Shown piece after piece: positions 39,390 to 52,409 of a DNA stretch of 64,000 nt. The stretch covers positions 160,001 through 224,000 of the forward strand of contig JAXGPF010000010.1 of assembly GCA_040767085.1 (NCBI GenBank), read 5' to 3'. How positions within the stretch are numbered: the stretch's first letter is position 1; each line of letters opens with the position of its first letter. This DNA comes from Kiritimatiellia bacterium. Lineage in GTDB: Bacteria; Verrucomicrobiota; Kiritimatiellia; JAAZAB01. The notes beneath the pieces were generated by a model. That model worked only from the letters and a program-made list of their open reading frames with translations. It had not been told where the DNA came from and searched no databases. Both the position numbers and the translations under genes were made by a program.

Positions 39390-39446
39390 TTCCAGCAACT
39401 ACTCCGAGGCGACTCGTAAAAGCTCGCGCCACAATGTGCGTTAAGC
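39390..39446 (+). other. Degenerate attC site
   Basis: R''-like TTCCAGC, GAGGCG...CGCCAC inner stem and R' GTTAAGC. Confidence 0.6.
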
Positions 39447-39474
39447 GCGTCCAAACCACGGTCATCAGGCGATT

Positions 39475-39912
39475 TTACGCCGGCGGCGGCTCCAGAACGG
39501 AACCGTGGGCGTCCAGGTAGCTTTGCAGGATGATCTGGGCTGCTGCCTGGTCGCGCAATTCCCGCCGGCGGGCGCGGCGAACATTGCCGTCCAGCAGCAT
39601 CCGTTCCGCCATGCTGCTGCTAAGGCGCTCATCCCACAATTCCACCGGCAGCCCGGTGGCCTCGCGCAATTGCCCGGCAAAATGCTGGACCGCCTCGGCG
39701 GCCGGGCCGGCCTGACCCCGCATGTCCAACGGCCAACCCAGCACGATCTGCCGCACGGCGCGCTCGGTGCAGGTGGCCTTGACCGCCTCCAAGGCATGGC
39801 GGACGCCGCGCAGTTCCACCGTCGGCAGAGGCAGGGCGATGACACCGGTTTCGTCGCTGAGGGCCAGGCCCATCCGGCGCGAGCCGAAATCTATGCCCAG
39901 GCACCGGGTCAT
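39475..39912 (-). CDS. ruvX: YqgF/RuvX pre-16S rRNA nuclease
   Basis: LGIDFGSRRMGLALSD, WDERLSS and DQAAAQIILQ motifs. Confidence 0.94.
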   Translation of the reverse strand: MTRCLGIDFGSRRMGLALSDETGVIALPLPTVELRGVRHALEAVKATCTERAVRQIVLGWPLDMRGQAGPAAEAVQHFAGQLREATGLPVELWDERLSSSMAERMLLDGNVRRARRRELRDQAAAQIILQSYLDAHGSVLEPPPA

Positions 39913-41033
39913 AACCAGCCCCGGCTGTCCGCCCGGCGCTTGAGCTGAGCGACGATTTGCTTGACATCCTGGTCGCGGCATTTCGGGCAGACAAGTGTGG
40001 CATGGTTGTGCTGCACCACCACCAGGTCATCCACGCCGATCAGCGCCACCAGGTGATCCTTGCCGGCCACAATCACATTACGGGCAGCGTCCACTGTAGC
40101 GGTGCGGCCGACGCAGACGTTGCCGGCGGCATCCGGCTTGAAATGTTTTTCCAGGGCCGACCATGACCCGAGATCGTCCCAGCGGAATTTACCGCGGGCC
40201 ATGACGATATTACCGGCTTTTTCCATCAGGGCGTAGTCAATGGAAATCTTTTCCATCCGGCGGTAGGCGCGGGACAAGGCTGCCGCAAATCCGCGCCGGC
40301 CGACGGCCGGCGCCAAAGCGTCCATCAGTTGCGTCAGTTGCGGATGATGGCGGCGGACGGCATTTTGAAAAGACTCCAGCGACCAGACAAACATGCCGGC
40401 ATTCCAGTAGAAATTGCCGGCTTGCACGTAGCGCTCCGCCGTGGCGCGATCGGGTTTTTCCACAAATCGCGCCACTTTGTGAAATTCAGTCTGGCAGCGT
40501 CGGCCCCGGCCGGGAACGACCAGCCGCGCCCGCGCCGCTTCCAGGTACCCGAATCCCGTGCTGGGCGCGGCGGGCGGGATGCCGATGGTCAGGAGCAAGT
40601 CCTCGGCGGCCGCCAGGTCCAGGGCATCGGCCAATGTCCGCCGGAACACCGGCAGGTCGCCGATGATATGGTCGGCGGTCAGGATCGCGATTTGCGCCGC
40701 CGGATCGCGGGCACGGACGATGGCGGCGCCCAGCGCCACGGCCGGGGCGGTGTTGCGCGCCTCGGGTTCGCCGATAATATTGTCCGCCGGGAATTCCGGC
40801 ATGATCTGCCGGATGGCCGGCGTCAATTCAGCATTGGTGACGATGATCACCCTTTCCGGCGGAATCAAGGGGTGCAGGCGGCGGACCGCCTCCGCCAGCA
40901 TGGGCTGCGGGGAAGTGAGCGCCAGCAATTGTTTCGGCCGGCGCGCGGTGCTCATCGGCCAGAATCGTTCGCCGCGGCCGCCGGCCAGTATGACGGCATA
41001 GGCATGGGAATGTGATGCAGGTTTTGGTTTCAA
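39909..41033 (-). CDS. manC: Mannose-1-phosphate guanylyltransferase
   Basis: ILAGGRGERFWP, RNTAPA, FVEKP and WDDLGSW motifs. Confidence 0.92.
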   Translation of the reverse strand: MKPKPASHSHAYAVILAGGRGERFWPMSTARRPKQLLALTSPQPMLAEAVRRLHPLIPPERVIIVTNAELTPAIRQIMPEFPADNIIGEPEARNTAPAVALGAAIVRARDPAAQIAILTADHIIGDLPVFRRTLADALDLAAAEDLLLTIGIPPAAPSTGFGYLEAARARLVVPGRGRRCQTEFHKVARFVEKPDRATAERYVQAGNFYWNAGMFVWSLESFQNAVRRHHPQLTQLMDALAPAVGRRGFAAALSRAYRRMEKISIDYALMEKAGNIVMARGKFRWDDLGSWSALEKHFKPDAAGNVCVGRTATVDAARNVIVAGKDHLVALIGVDDLVVVQHNHATLVCPKCRDQDVKQIVAQLKRRADSRGWL

Positions 41034-41057
41034 TGGATTGGCTTGTTCCTGGTGAAT

Positions 41058-41816
41058 TTAATTTAAATTCATGATAATTTGAATGCCGCGCAAGGTCAAG
41101 CGCGGATCGACATGCACGTTGAAATCCGCGCCGGCCAGCGCGCGCCGGGCATATCCGCCTGTGGCGCAGACGGCGGCGCCGGCCGGCAATTCCGCCCGGA
41201 TTGCCGCCAGGGCTTCGCGGAACATGCCGCGCCAGCCGAGAATCGCGCCGGCCCGCATGGCGGCGCGGGTGCCGCGGGCGATGGCTCGCCGGGCGGCCCC
41301 GGCGGACGGCAAAGGCAGGCGCGGCAGGCACGCCGTGCGATCCGCCAGGTAATCCAGGAAAAGCGCCGGGCCGGGCATGATCAGGCCCCCGGCGAATCGC
41401 CCGCCGGCATCCACGGCGTCCACCGTCAAGGCCGTGCCGAAATCCGCGATGATCACCGGCGCCCCGTAAATTTTAAAGGCGGCGGCGGCATTGGCCAGGC
41501 GGTCGGCGCCGATGGTGGCCGGGCGCGGATAATCGAGTTTAACGCACAAATTCAAAGTGTGTCGGATCAGGAGCGGAGCGGCGCCGGTCAAGCGCCTTAA
41601 CTCCGTCTGCCAGATGCCGGTGGCCGCCGGCGCCACCGAACAGATGGCGGAGCGATCCGGCGCCGCGCCGGCCGCCAGGCGGCGCAGCCAGGCGCGTACG
41701 GCCGCCGGCCGGCTGGCTGCCGTTGGCATGCGCCAGACGCGGCCCGGACCGCGGATACCTGTCAGCGCTGCCGAAACGCTGGAATTGCCGATGTCAATCA
41801 GTATAGCGGTGTTCAT
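41058..41816 (-). CDS. coaX: Type III pantothenate kinase
   Basis: DIGNS, IGADR, DFGTALT, GG.IMPG and TGG motifs. Confidence 0.93.
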   Translation of the reverse strand: MNTAILIDIGNSSVSAALTGIRGPGRVWRMPTAASRPAAVRAWLRRLAAGAAPDRSAICSVAPAATGIWQTELRRLTGAAPLLIRHTLNLCVKLDYPRPATIGADRLANAAAAFKIYGAPVIIADFGTALTVDAVDAGGRFAGGLIMPGPALFLDYLADRTACLPRLPLPSAGAARRAIARGTRAAMRAGAILGWRGMFREALAAIRAELPAGAAVCATGGYARRALAGADFNVHVDPRLTLRGIQIIMNLN

Positions 41817-41824
41817 CTGAGATA

Positions 41825-41986
41825 ATTTCAAAAGTCGCCCCCTGCCACCTTGCGTGGCAGGAGCGAAAGGTTATGCAAAAACACAATGTGTTGTTTTTTA
41901 ACAATATGTGGCGTTTTAGATAGCCTTGGTCTCCGGTGGGCTTGTCCGCCTCAGGTGGAACAAGCCCGCCTGGGGACTTTTGAAAT
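41825..41986. mobile_element. MITE-like element (162 bp)
   Basis: 15-bp terminal inverted repeats ATTTCAAAAGTCGCC / GGGGACTTTTGAAAT (1 mismatch); internal hairpins CCTGCCAC-CTTGC-GTGGCAGG and GGGCTTGT...ACAAGCCC. Confidence 0.7.
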
Positions 41987-42170
41987 AGGTTCATCTTACA
42001 TGTAAAAAAAACGCCAAGGGGCTAATAATCAATGTCCGTAAGATTAAAGACTGCCGGCGGAGAAAGCAAGCACAAGGTCTGTAATTGCGATATTGCCTGA
42101 TGGTTCATGATGTGTATAATGCAATCCAAAAGACCAGCCACGGTATATTGCGCAACAAAAAGGGAAAACC

Positions 42171-43307
42171 ATGAATGGCAGAGAACGGGTAGCCAACACC
42201 ATTGCGCGCAAGCCGGCGGATAAAATCCCGCTGGGATTTTACGCCGTGGATTGCGATATCGTCGAAAAAGTCATCGGACGGAAAACCTTTGTCCGCGATA
42301 AAATCGCGGTGCCGCTCGCCCTGGCCGAGGGCCGGCGCGCTGAAGTCGCCGACAGCTTCAAGCGCGACACCGTCGAGTTTTACCGCAAGATTGACTGCGC
42401 CGACCTCATCATTCCCAAAGAGGCCGCGCTTTTGCCGCCCAAGGATTATGTGCCGCAGCCTTTGAAAAAAATTGCCGACGACCGGTGGGAAGATCCCCGC
42501 GGGCGCATTTTTCAGGCGGTGTTCGACGCTAATGATTTCATGTGCGTCCATGATCCCACGCGTAAAACCGAATATACCACGCAGGATTTCCAAGGCGCGC
42601 TGCCAGTCAGGCCGCCAGACGACTCGGTTTATGAAGCGCTGGATTATCTGATTGCCCAACTGGGCGGGGAGCGTTACGTGTGCAGTTCCGCCGGCGCGGC
42701 GGTGATGCCGCTGCCGGGCGGTTTCGACACGGCCATGTTGACTTATGCCCTGCACCCGGAGGTGATCCATGCGGCCAACCGGCGCGCCGTCGCCGTGCTG
42801 GAAAAAAACGTGCACGCCGCCGTGCGGCCGGGCAGCGCCGGCGTGCATATCGGCTGCGATACCGCCGGCACCAACGGGCCCTTCATCTCGCCGGCGATGT
42901 TCCGCGAACTCTGCCTGCCTTATATGCGGCAAAGCGTGGCGTTGATCAAGCAGCATACCGGGCAGGTGAATTTCCACGATTGCGGGATGAACATCCCGCT
43001 GATGGAGATGTTCATCGAGGCGGGCATAGACTGCTACCAGTCGCTGCAAACCACCGCCGGCATGGAAATCGGCCGGCTGAAGAAAATGTTCGGCGACCGC
43101 CTGACTTTCTGGGGCGGCATCCCCATGGAAGTTTTAATAGACGGCACGCCCGCCGCGACGCGCCAAGCCGTGCGGCACGCCATGGAGGCCGGCGCGCCCG
43201 GCGGCGGATTCATTCTCGGCCCCAGCCACTCCATCGCCTACGGCGTGAAATATGACAATTTCATGGCGCTGGTGGACGAGTATGTCAGAGTGCGCGACAA
43301 GTTCTAA
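42171..43307 (+). CDS. Uroporphyrinogen decarboxylase (URO-D/MtaA-like) family protein
   Basis: MNGRERV, D.AG..GPFISP.MFRE, FHDCG, FWGGI and GGGFILGPSHS motifs. Confidence 0.85.
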   Translation: MNGRERVANTIARKPADKIPLGFYAVDCDIVEKVIGRKTFVRDKIAVPLALAEGRRAEVADSFKRDTVEFYRKIDCADLIIPKEAALLPPKDYVPQPLKKIADDRWEDPRGRIFQAVFDANDFMCVHDPTRKTEYTTQDFQGALPVRPPDDSVYEALDYLIAQLGGERYVCSSAGAAVMPLPGGFDTAMLTYALHPEVIHAANRRAVAVLEKNVHAAVRPGSAGVHIGCDTAGTNGPFISPAMFRELCLPYMRQSVALIKQHTGQVNFHDCGMNIPLMEMFIEAGIDCYQSLQTTAGMEIGRLKKMFGDRLTFWGGIPMEVLIDGTPAATRQAVRHAMEAGAPGGGFILGPSHSIAYGVKYDNFMALVDEYVRVRDKF

Positions 43308-43368
43308 CTTTGCGCAAGCCGGGTGGCTGGCCCCATACGCTGCCGATGGCACCGTACGACGGTGGCGG

Positions 43369-44253
43369 TCAGGCGTCATCCTGCAATTCCAGGGTCAAAT
43401 CCACCGACGGCGCAGAATGGGTCAGGCAGCCCAGCGAAATGGCATCCACTCCCGCCGCGGCCGCGGCTGCCGCCGTGGCCAGGGTAATGCCCCCGGAAGC
43501 TTCCAGCTTGCAGCGGCCGGCGGCGATGGCGGCGCACTGGCGCATTTGTGAGGGGGACATGTTGTCCAGCAGAATCCAGTCGGGCCGGGCTTCGAGCGCC
43601 GCCCGCAATTCCGCTTCGCTTTCCACCTCAACCTCCAGCGGCAAATCCGGATATTGCTGGCGCGCGGCCCGGATGGCGCCGGCCAGCCCGTCCGGTCCGC
43701 GCCAGAAACGGCGGTGATTGTCCTTGATCAGGATCATGTCCGACAGGCCGAACCGGTGGTTGGCGCCGCCGCCGCAGAGCACGGCGTATTTTTCCAGGCG
43801 GCGCAGGGTAGGGGTGGTTTTGCGGGTGTCCAATATCCGGACCGGCCGTCCGCGAGTTTTTTCCACGAAAGCGGCCGTCAGGGTGGCGATACCGCACAGG
43901 CGCTGTAGAAAATTCAAGGCCGTCCGTTCCCCGGTCAGAATGGGGCGCAGCGGCCCGGCCAGGGTCATGATGGTTTCGTCCGGGCCAACCCCAGCGCCAT
44001 CGAGGCGCGGCGTTTCCACGCGCAGATCTGGATCGAGCTGCCGGAAAACCTCCCGGGCGATATCCAGGCCGGCCAGGCAGCAAGGCTGGCGGGTGATGAT
44101 GGCGCCGCGGCCGCGGGCATCGGGCGGGATCAGCGCCAGGGTGGTGGCATCGCCGGCGCCGATATCTTCCTGCAAGGCCTGACCGATCAGGGCGCGCAGG
44201 GCGGGCCAATCCGCGGGCGGAATCCGGGGCGGCGGCGGCTGGTGGTTCTGCAT
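43369..44253 (-). CDS. nadC: Nicotinate-nucleotide diphosphorylase (carboxylating)
   Basis: ED...GD.T, DTRKT, NHRFGL, IKDNH, LLDN and EASGGI motifs. Confidence 0.96.
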   Translation of the reverse strand: MQNHQPPPPRIPPADWPALRALIGQALQEDIGAGDATTLALIPPDARGRGAIITRQPCCLAGLDIAREVFRQLDPDLRVETPRLDGAGVGPDETIMTLAGPLRPILTGERTALNFLQRLCGIATLTAAFVEKTRGRPVRILDTRKTTPTLRRLEKYAVLCGGGANHRFGLSDMILIKDNHRRFWRGPDGLAGAIRAARQQYPDLPLEVEVESEAELRAALEARPDWILLDNMSPSQMRQCAAIAAGRCKLEASGGITLATAAAAAAAGVDAISLGCLTHSAPSVDLTLELQDDA

Positions 44254-45387
44254 GGTGTTACCTCCGGGAATGCGTGTGCGTCGGAATTGTATCGCGTGCT
44301 GCGGCATTTTTCCAATTTAAAATTTTTCCGAATTCGAGCCTTGACATCCGGCGGATTCTGAACTAAATAAATGAAATACAAAATCGGGGGAGTTGCATGA
44401 CGTGGAATTAACGGATGGGAGAGGATATGGCAACCGAAATAAAAGATGCGGCCGCCTGGTTAATCCGCACCATCCAGGAAGTCAGCGGAGCGCTCACCGT
44501 GGAACAGGCGCTGCACGAGGTGGTCGAGCAACTGAAGGATTTCATCCCGCATAGCAGCCTGGCGGTGATTATGGTGGATCAGAACACCGACGAGCTGGCG
44601 ATCAAGACTTCCCGGCAGATCAGTTATTCCTTCGCCAAGAAATTTCACCGGCCGATCAACGGCCAGGTGATTCCGCATGTGCTGCTGAAACACGAAACCG
44701 TTGTGTTGAACGATCTGCGGCCGGAAATGACGGCGTACACCGAAATTAAGCTGGAAGCCGACCTGGCGGCGGCGGTGCTGGCGCCGATCATGCACAGCCA
44801 GCGGGCGATCGGTTACCTGCACTGCGACCGCGCGCAGGGCGCGTTTACTTCCGAAGAAGGCGCCTGGCTGCAGACACTGGGGTTGCTGATCGGCCAGTTG
44901 ATCGAAAAATACGACCTGCTGGTGCTTTCCCGGCACCTGTCCCGCGTGGACGATGTCAGCAAGGCTTTGAAATACCACGCCTTTCTCGAAGAATACCGGC
45001 TGGAACTGGCGCGGGCCAAATCCTACCGGCAATGTCTATCGTTGATTTTCCTGGATGTGGACGATTACACGGGATTCGTCCAGACCTGCGGCATCGAAGC
45101 CGGCCATGCGTTGCTGGCAAAAATCCACCAACTGATCAAGGACAGCGTTCGGGAAATCGACCTGGTGGGACGGTTTTCCGCGGACGAGTTCATCGTTTGC
45201 ATGGGCGGGGTGGACCGGGACGCGGCGGCGGCAGCGTTGGAGAAAATCCGCGCCGGGGTGCGCGGCCAGGCGGCGCCTAATTCCGGCTGCACGGCGACCA
45301 TCAGCGGCGTCGCCATGACCATGCGGACGCCGGAGGAACTGGATATCCCGCTCGAAAAAATCCTGGCCGCGCTCGGCAGCGGCCTGA

Positions 45388-47117
<1,730 letters not shown>

Positions 47118-47996
47118 TCAGGCGGACGCTTCCACGCCGGCGGTGATGTCGGCCAGTTCGCGGTCAATGCCCATCTGGCGGGCCTTGTTGAAAAATAATT
47201 GCTGCTGGCGGATCATTTCGTCGGTCTTTTTGTGTGCCTGCTCCATAATGCTCATCCGGGAACTGTGTTCGGCGACCATCGAGGAAAGCAGCAGCCGGCG
47301 CACGCAGGATTGGAGATAGCGCGGCGCCAGGTAATCCAGAATTTGACCGGCGTCCGGCTCGACCAGCAGCATCTCAGTCGCCGGCCCGTCATCCGGCGCC
47401 GGATCGTCAAAGCGCAGGGGCAGCAGCGGCCAGGCCGCGGCTTGGAAGTGCAGGGCCGACTCGAAATGCGTGTAAACCAGGCGGACTGCGCCGTATTCGC
47501 CCTGGCGGTAGGCGGCGGTCCACTCGCGGCAGAGTTCGGTCGGGTCCGCACCGGCCGCGTCCACGGCATGGATGATGGCGGCTCGGCCGCCGTAGTCGTT
47601 CAGCCGGCCGCGGAAATACTCCGCGCCTTTGCGCCCGACCAGGTACAGCCCGACCGTCGTTTGGGGATCGGCGAGGAGTTGCCGCAGCCCGTCCTGCGCC
47701 AACCGCAGCACATTCAGGTTAAGGTTGCCGCACAGGCCGCGGTCGGCGCTGATCACCGCCAGCAGAACGCGCCGGGATGGCGACGCAAGCCAGGCCGCGG
47801 CCCCCGCCGGCGTCTCCGCCTGCCGCGCCAGCAGGCGCATCATGGCGGCGGCGCCGGCGACGTAGGGGCCGCTGTCAAGCAGCCGGATTTGGATGCGCCG
47901 CAGTTTCACCGCGGAAACCATTTTCATGGCCCGGGTGATCTGGGCGGTTTTGCGCAGGCTGGCGATGCGTGTGCGGATGGAGCGTAAATTTTGCAT
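47118..47996 (-). CDS. atpG: ATP synthase gamma subunit
   Basis: ITRAMKMVS, DRGLCG and NKARQ motifs. Confidence 0.95.
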   Translation of the reverse strand: MQNLRSIRTRIASLRKTAQITRAMKMVSAVKLRRIQIRLLDSGPYVAGAAAMMRLLARQAETPAGAAAWLASPSRRVLLAVISADRGLCGNLNLNVLRLAQDGLRQLLADPQTTVGLYLVGRKGAEYFRGRLNDYGGRAAIIHAVDAAGADPTELCREWTAAYRQGEYGAVRLVYTHFESALHFQAAAWPLLPLRFDDPAPDDGPATEMLLVEPDAGQILDYLAPRYLQSCVRRLLLSSMVAEHSSRMSIMEQAHKKTDEMIRQQQLFFNKARQMGIDRELADITAGVEASA

Positions 47997-47999
47997 TAA

Positions 48000-49517
<1,518 letters not shown>

Positions 49518-49548
49518 AAATCAGCCAAGCATCAGCGGGCCGCCCGGC

Positions 49549-50112
49549 TCAGGCGATCGCCGTCTGCCGCGCGAGCAGGCATTCGCGGGCGGCCTTCAAG
49601 CGCCCGCGGATGCTGCCGTCCAGTATCCGGCCGTCGTAATACAGCACCATGCCGCCCAGCAAATCCGGCTTGACCGCACAATCCAGTTCCACCTGCTGGC
49701 CGAGAATGCCCGCCAGCCGCCGCGCCAGGTCCTGGCGTTCCGCCTCCGGCATGGGCGCGGGCGTTTCGACCAGCACTTGCGTCAGGCCCGCCGCTTCGCG
49801 TTGCAGCGCGCGCCAGGCGGCGGCGATCTCCGGCAGCAGGTTCAGCCGGTGGCGGCTGACGAGCAGTTGCACCAGGCGGCCGGCCGGCGCGCCGCGTTCC
49901 GCGCCCGCCAGTTCCAGGAACAATTCGGTCCGCCAGCCGGCCGGGAGAGCCGTGTTGCCGCACACCAGGCGCACTTCCGGATGCGCGCGATAAAATTCCG
50001 CCAGGTGCGTCAGAAGTTTTTCCTGGTCCGCCCGCGCGCCGGGGGCGTCGGCGATGTCATAGAGCGCCTGCGCATACCGGCGTGCCAGGTTGGATATCGC
50101 CGTCAGGATCAT
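49549..50112 (-). CDS. atpH: ATP synthase delta subunit
   Basis: ARRYAQAL and DLLGG...DGSIRGRL motifs. Confidence 0.93.
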   Translation of the reverse strand: MILTAISNLARRYAQALYDIADAPGARADQEKLLTHLAEFYRAHPEVRLVCGNTALPAGWRTELFLELAGAERGAPAGRLVQLLVSRHRLNLLPEIAAAWRALQREAAGLTQVLVETPAPMPEAERQDLARRLAGILGQQVELDCAVKPDLLGGMVLYYDGRILDGSIRGRLKAARECLLARQTAIA

Positions 50113-50597
50113 TTCGCCGTCTCCAAGTCCCGGAGCAAGTCGTCCACCAATCGGTTCTGCAGGGCGGGGGTCATGCCGGCCCGCACGACTTTTTCCGTCA
50201 ATTGGGCCGACAGTTCGACGATTTCCCCGCGCATCTCGCGCAACACGCGCGCGCGTTCAACTTCCAGTTGTTCCAGGCCGCGCTGCATGATGGCGTCGCT
50301 TTGCCGGCGGGCTTCCGCCAGGATCGTGTCGCGCGCCTGCTGTCCCTCGCGGATCGCCTGGCGGATCAGTTCCTGGTTTTTCGCGGCGATTTCAGCCAGT
50401 TGCCGGTCGTAATCCTTCCGGAGCTGTTCCATGGCGCGGCGCTGCTCGGCCGCCTGCCGCAGGTCATCGGCGATGCGGTCGGACCGCTGGCGCATGAAAT
50501 TCGACGCCGGCTTGAAAACGATCCGGCCAAGCAGCACCAGGGCGATGGCGAAGGTCACCGCCTGGGCGATGATTACATTGAGATCGATGTCCAGCAT
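50109..50597 (-). CDS. atpF: ATP synthase b subunit
   Basis: N-terminal TM segment plus coiled coil; operon position. Confidence 0.93.
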   Translation of the reverse strand: MLDIDLNVIIAQAVTFAIALVLLGRIVFKPASNFMRQRSDRIADDLRQAAEQRRAMEQLRKDYDRQLAEIAAKNQELIRQAIREGQQARDTILAEARRQSDAIMQRGLEQLEVERARVLREMRGEIVELSAQLTEKVVRAGMTPALQNRLVDDLLRDLETAK

Positions 50598-50600
50598 GGC

Positions 50601-50954
50601 TTAATGCGCCGGCGCAAGCTGGTCCAACTGACGCTGCAACTCGGCCTGGCGCACCTGCAATTCAAGCACTTCCACCTGGGCCTTGGCGGCTGACACTTTC
50701 TTGATGTCCTGGGTGTAGGGATCGGCGAAGATCAGGATCAAGGCAATGACCAGGACGTAAATGCTTAAGGATTCGATAAAGGCCAGGCCGATGATCAAAT
50801 TGTTGCCAATCGGCCCCGCGGCTTCCGGCTGGCGCGCGATGCCTTCCATGGCGCTGACCACCGCGCGTGCCTGGCCGATGGCCGGCACGATGGTCCCGGC
50901 CACGATGATCAGCGCCGCCAGCAGGATTGAAATTTCGATAATGCCCACGTTCAT
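50601..50954 (-). CDS. atpE: ATP synthase c subunit with C-terminal extension
   Basis: IARQPEA loop and IESLSIY motif; about 35 extra residues after FADPY. Confidence 0.93.
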   Translation of the reverse strand: MNVGIIEISILLAALIIVAGTIVPAIGQARAVVSAMEGIARQPEAAGPIGNNLIIGLAFIESLSIYVLVIALILIFADPYTQDIKKVSAAKAQVEVLELQVRQAELQRQLDQLAPAH

Positions 50955-50968
50955 GATCCTCCTCCTGT

Positions 50969-51706
50969 TTAATGTCCGTTAACCGCTTCTCCAACGTAAA
51001 CCATCGCAAGCCCGGTGAATACCAGCGCCTGGACGAAACTGACCACCACCCCCAGCAGGATGATCAGGGGGCGCAGGATCAAGGGCACCGGCAGCAGTAT
51101 TTTGGCGTAAAGGTTGTCGGCGAAAAAAAACAGCGTCAGCAGGTAAACCATGATGCTCAGGATGATTTCCTTCGACATGATGTTGCCGAACAGCCGCATG
51201 GTCAGCGAGAGCGGCCGGATGATTTCTTCCATCAGCCGGATGACCAGGAAGAGCGGGGCCAGCCAATAGGGCGGCCCGCAGAAATGGCGTACGTAGCCGC
51301 CCGCGCCATGCAGGCGCAGGCGCACGGCCGAGGCCGCCAGCATGACCGTGATTGCCAGGCCGGCATTGACATTCAAGTTGGCGGTCGGGGATTTGAAGCC
51401 CGGCAGCAAACCGATCAGGTTGGCGCAGAGGATGAATAAAAAAAGCGTGGCGAAAAAGGAGATGTAACGCGGCCCGGCGGGGCCAATGATCTGCCGGCTG
51501 AGCGTGTTGATGCCGTCCACCAGCGCTTCCAGGAGATTTTGGGGCCCGGCCGGCTGGTTGCGCCAGCGGCGCACGGCCAGCCAGCCGCCGACAAGCATCC
51601 CGCCCAGGATCAGCATCCCGGTCAGGATGTCAGGGGCGATGTAATCGTTCAAGCCGATCCGATGGGCAATATATTCGACAATGTTCGGCGATTCGATCGC
51701 GTCCAT
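50969..51706 (-). CDS. atpB: ATP synthase a subunit
   Basis: [18 protein letters not shown] and QALVF motifs. Confidence 0.95.
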   Translation of the reverse strand: MDAIESPNIVEYIAHRIGLNDYIAPDILTGMLILGGMLVGGWLAVRRWRNQPAGPQNLLEALVDGINTLSRQIIGPAGPRYISFFATLFLFILCANLIGLLPGFKSPTANLNVNAGLAITVMLAASAVRLRLHGAGGYVRHFCGPPYWLAPLFLVIRLMEEIIRPLSLTMRLFGNIMSKEIILSIMVYLLTLFFFADNLYAKILLPVPLILRPLIILLGVVVSFVQALVFTGLAMVYVGEAVNGH

Positions 51707-51724
51707 GGCAGATTCCGAAAAATA

Positions 51725-52066
51725 TCAATCCGGCGAATGGCGGCGTGCCAGGTCTGCCGGCGGAGGGTCGGCGGACACCGTTTTACGCGGGCGGGCGCAA
51801 ACCGCCATGCCGAGCGTAGCCAGCAGCATTCCCAGCAGGCATGCCAGCGCAACATGTAAATTATACTGCCGGATCAGCAGCAAAATCAAGCCCAGAATCA
51901 TGCTGTAGCGCAGGGCGTAGCCGCCCAGGAGGAGCGCCGCTGACGCGGCGCGGCTTTGCGCGCGGCTGGCGCGCGCGGCGGTGAAGCGCAACAGGCCGTA
52001 ATTAACCGCGCCCAACATGATGCCGGCCGCAAAGCCGGCGAGAGAGCCCGGCAGCATCGTGTTCAT
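51725..52066 (-). CDS. atpI: ATP synthase I-like membrane protein
   Basis: Hydrophobic protein with GAVNY..L and RY motifs, directly upstream of atpB. Confidence 0.7.
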   Translation of the reverse strand: MNTMLPGSLAGFAAGIMLGAVNYGLLRFTAARASRAQSRAASAALLLGGYALRYSMILGLILLLIRQYNLHVALACLLGMLLATLGMAVCARPRKTVSADPPPADLARRHSPD

Positions 52067-52299
52067 TGGCCTCCGCGGGGCATGGTTTGCTGGAAAATAT
52101 AGAGGAAGCCTGCGACGATGCCCAGCGCCAGCAGCGCCATCGTCAGCCAGGGTGCGGTGTCGAGATGCTGATCCAGGGTGTAGCCGGCGGCCAGGCCGGC
52201 CATGATGCATGCCGCCAGCATGAATCCGATAGCGCCGAATTTGCCCAAGGCGCGCCAGGCGGCGGCGCGGGTGTTCAAGGTTTTATCATCCGTCGGCAT
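52063..52299 (-). CDS. AtpZ/AtpI-family small membrane protein
   Basis: G..LD..L.T.PW motif; first gene of the atp operon. Confidence 0.85.
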   Translation of the reverse strand: MPTDDKTLNTRAAAWRALGKFGAIGFMLAACIMAGLAAGYTLDQHLDTAPWLTMALLALGIVAGFLYIFQQTMPRGGQ

Positions 52300-52409
52300 A
52301 AGTCATTGGCGGGCCGCTGCCCGGCGGTTCGCGGGATGCGCCCGACGGGGCGCGGCTTGACTAAATACTCGCATGCAAATCATGATTTTGCAAGGGCAAA
52401 GTCGCGGGG

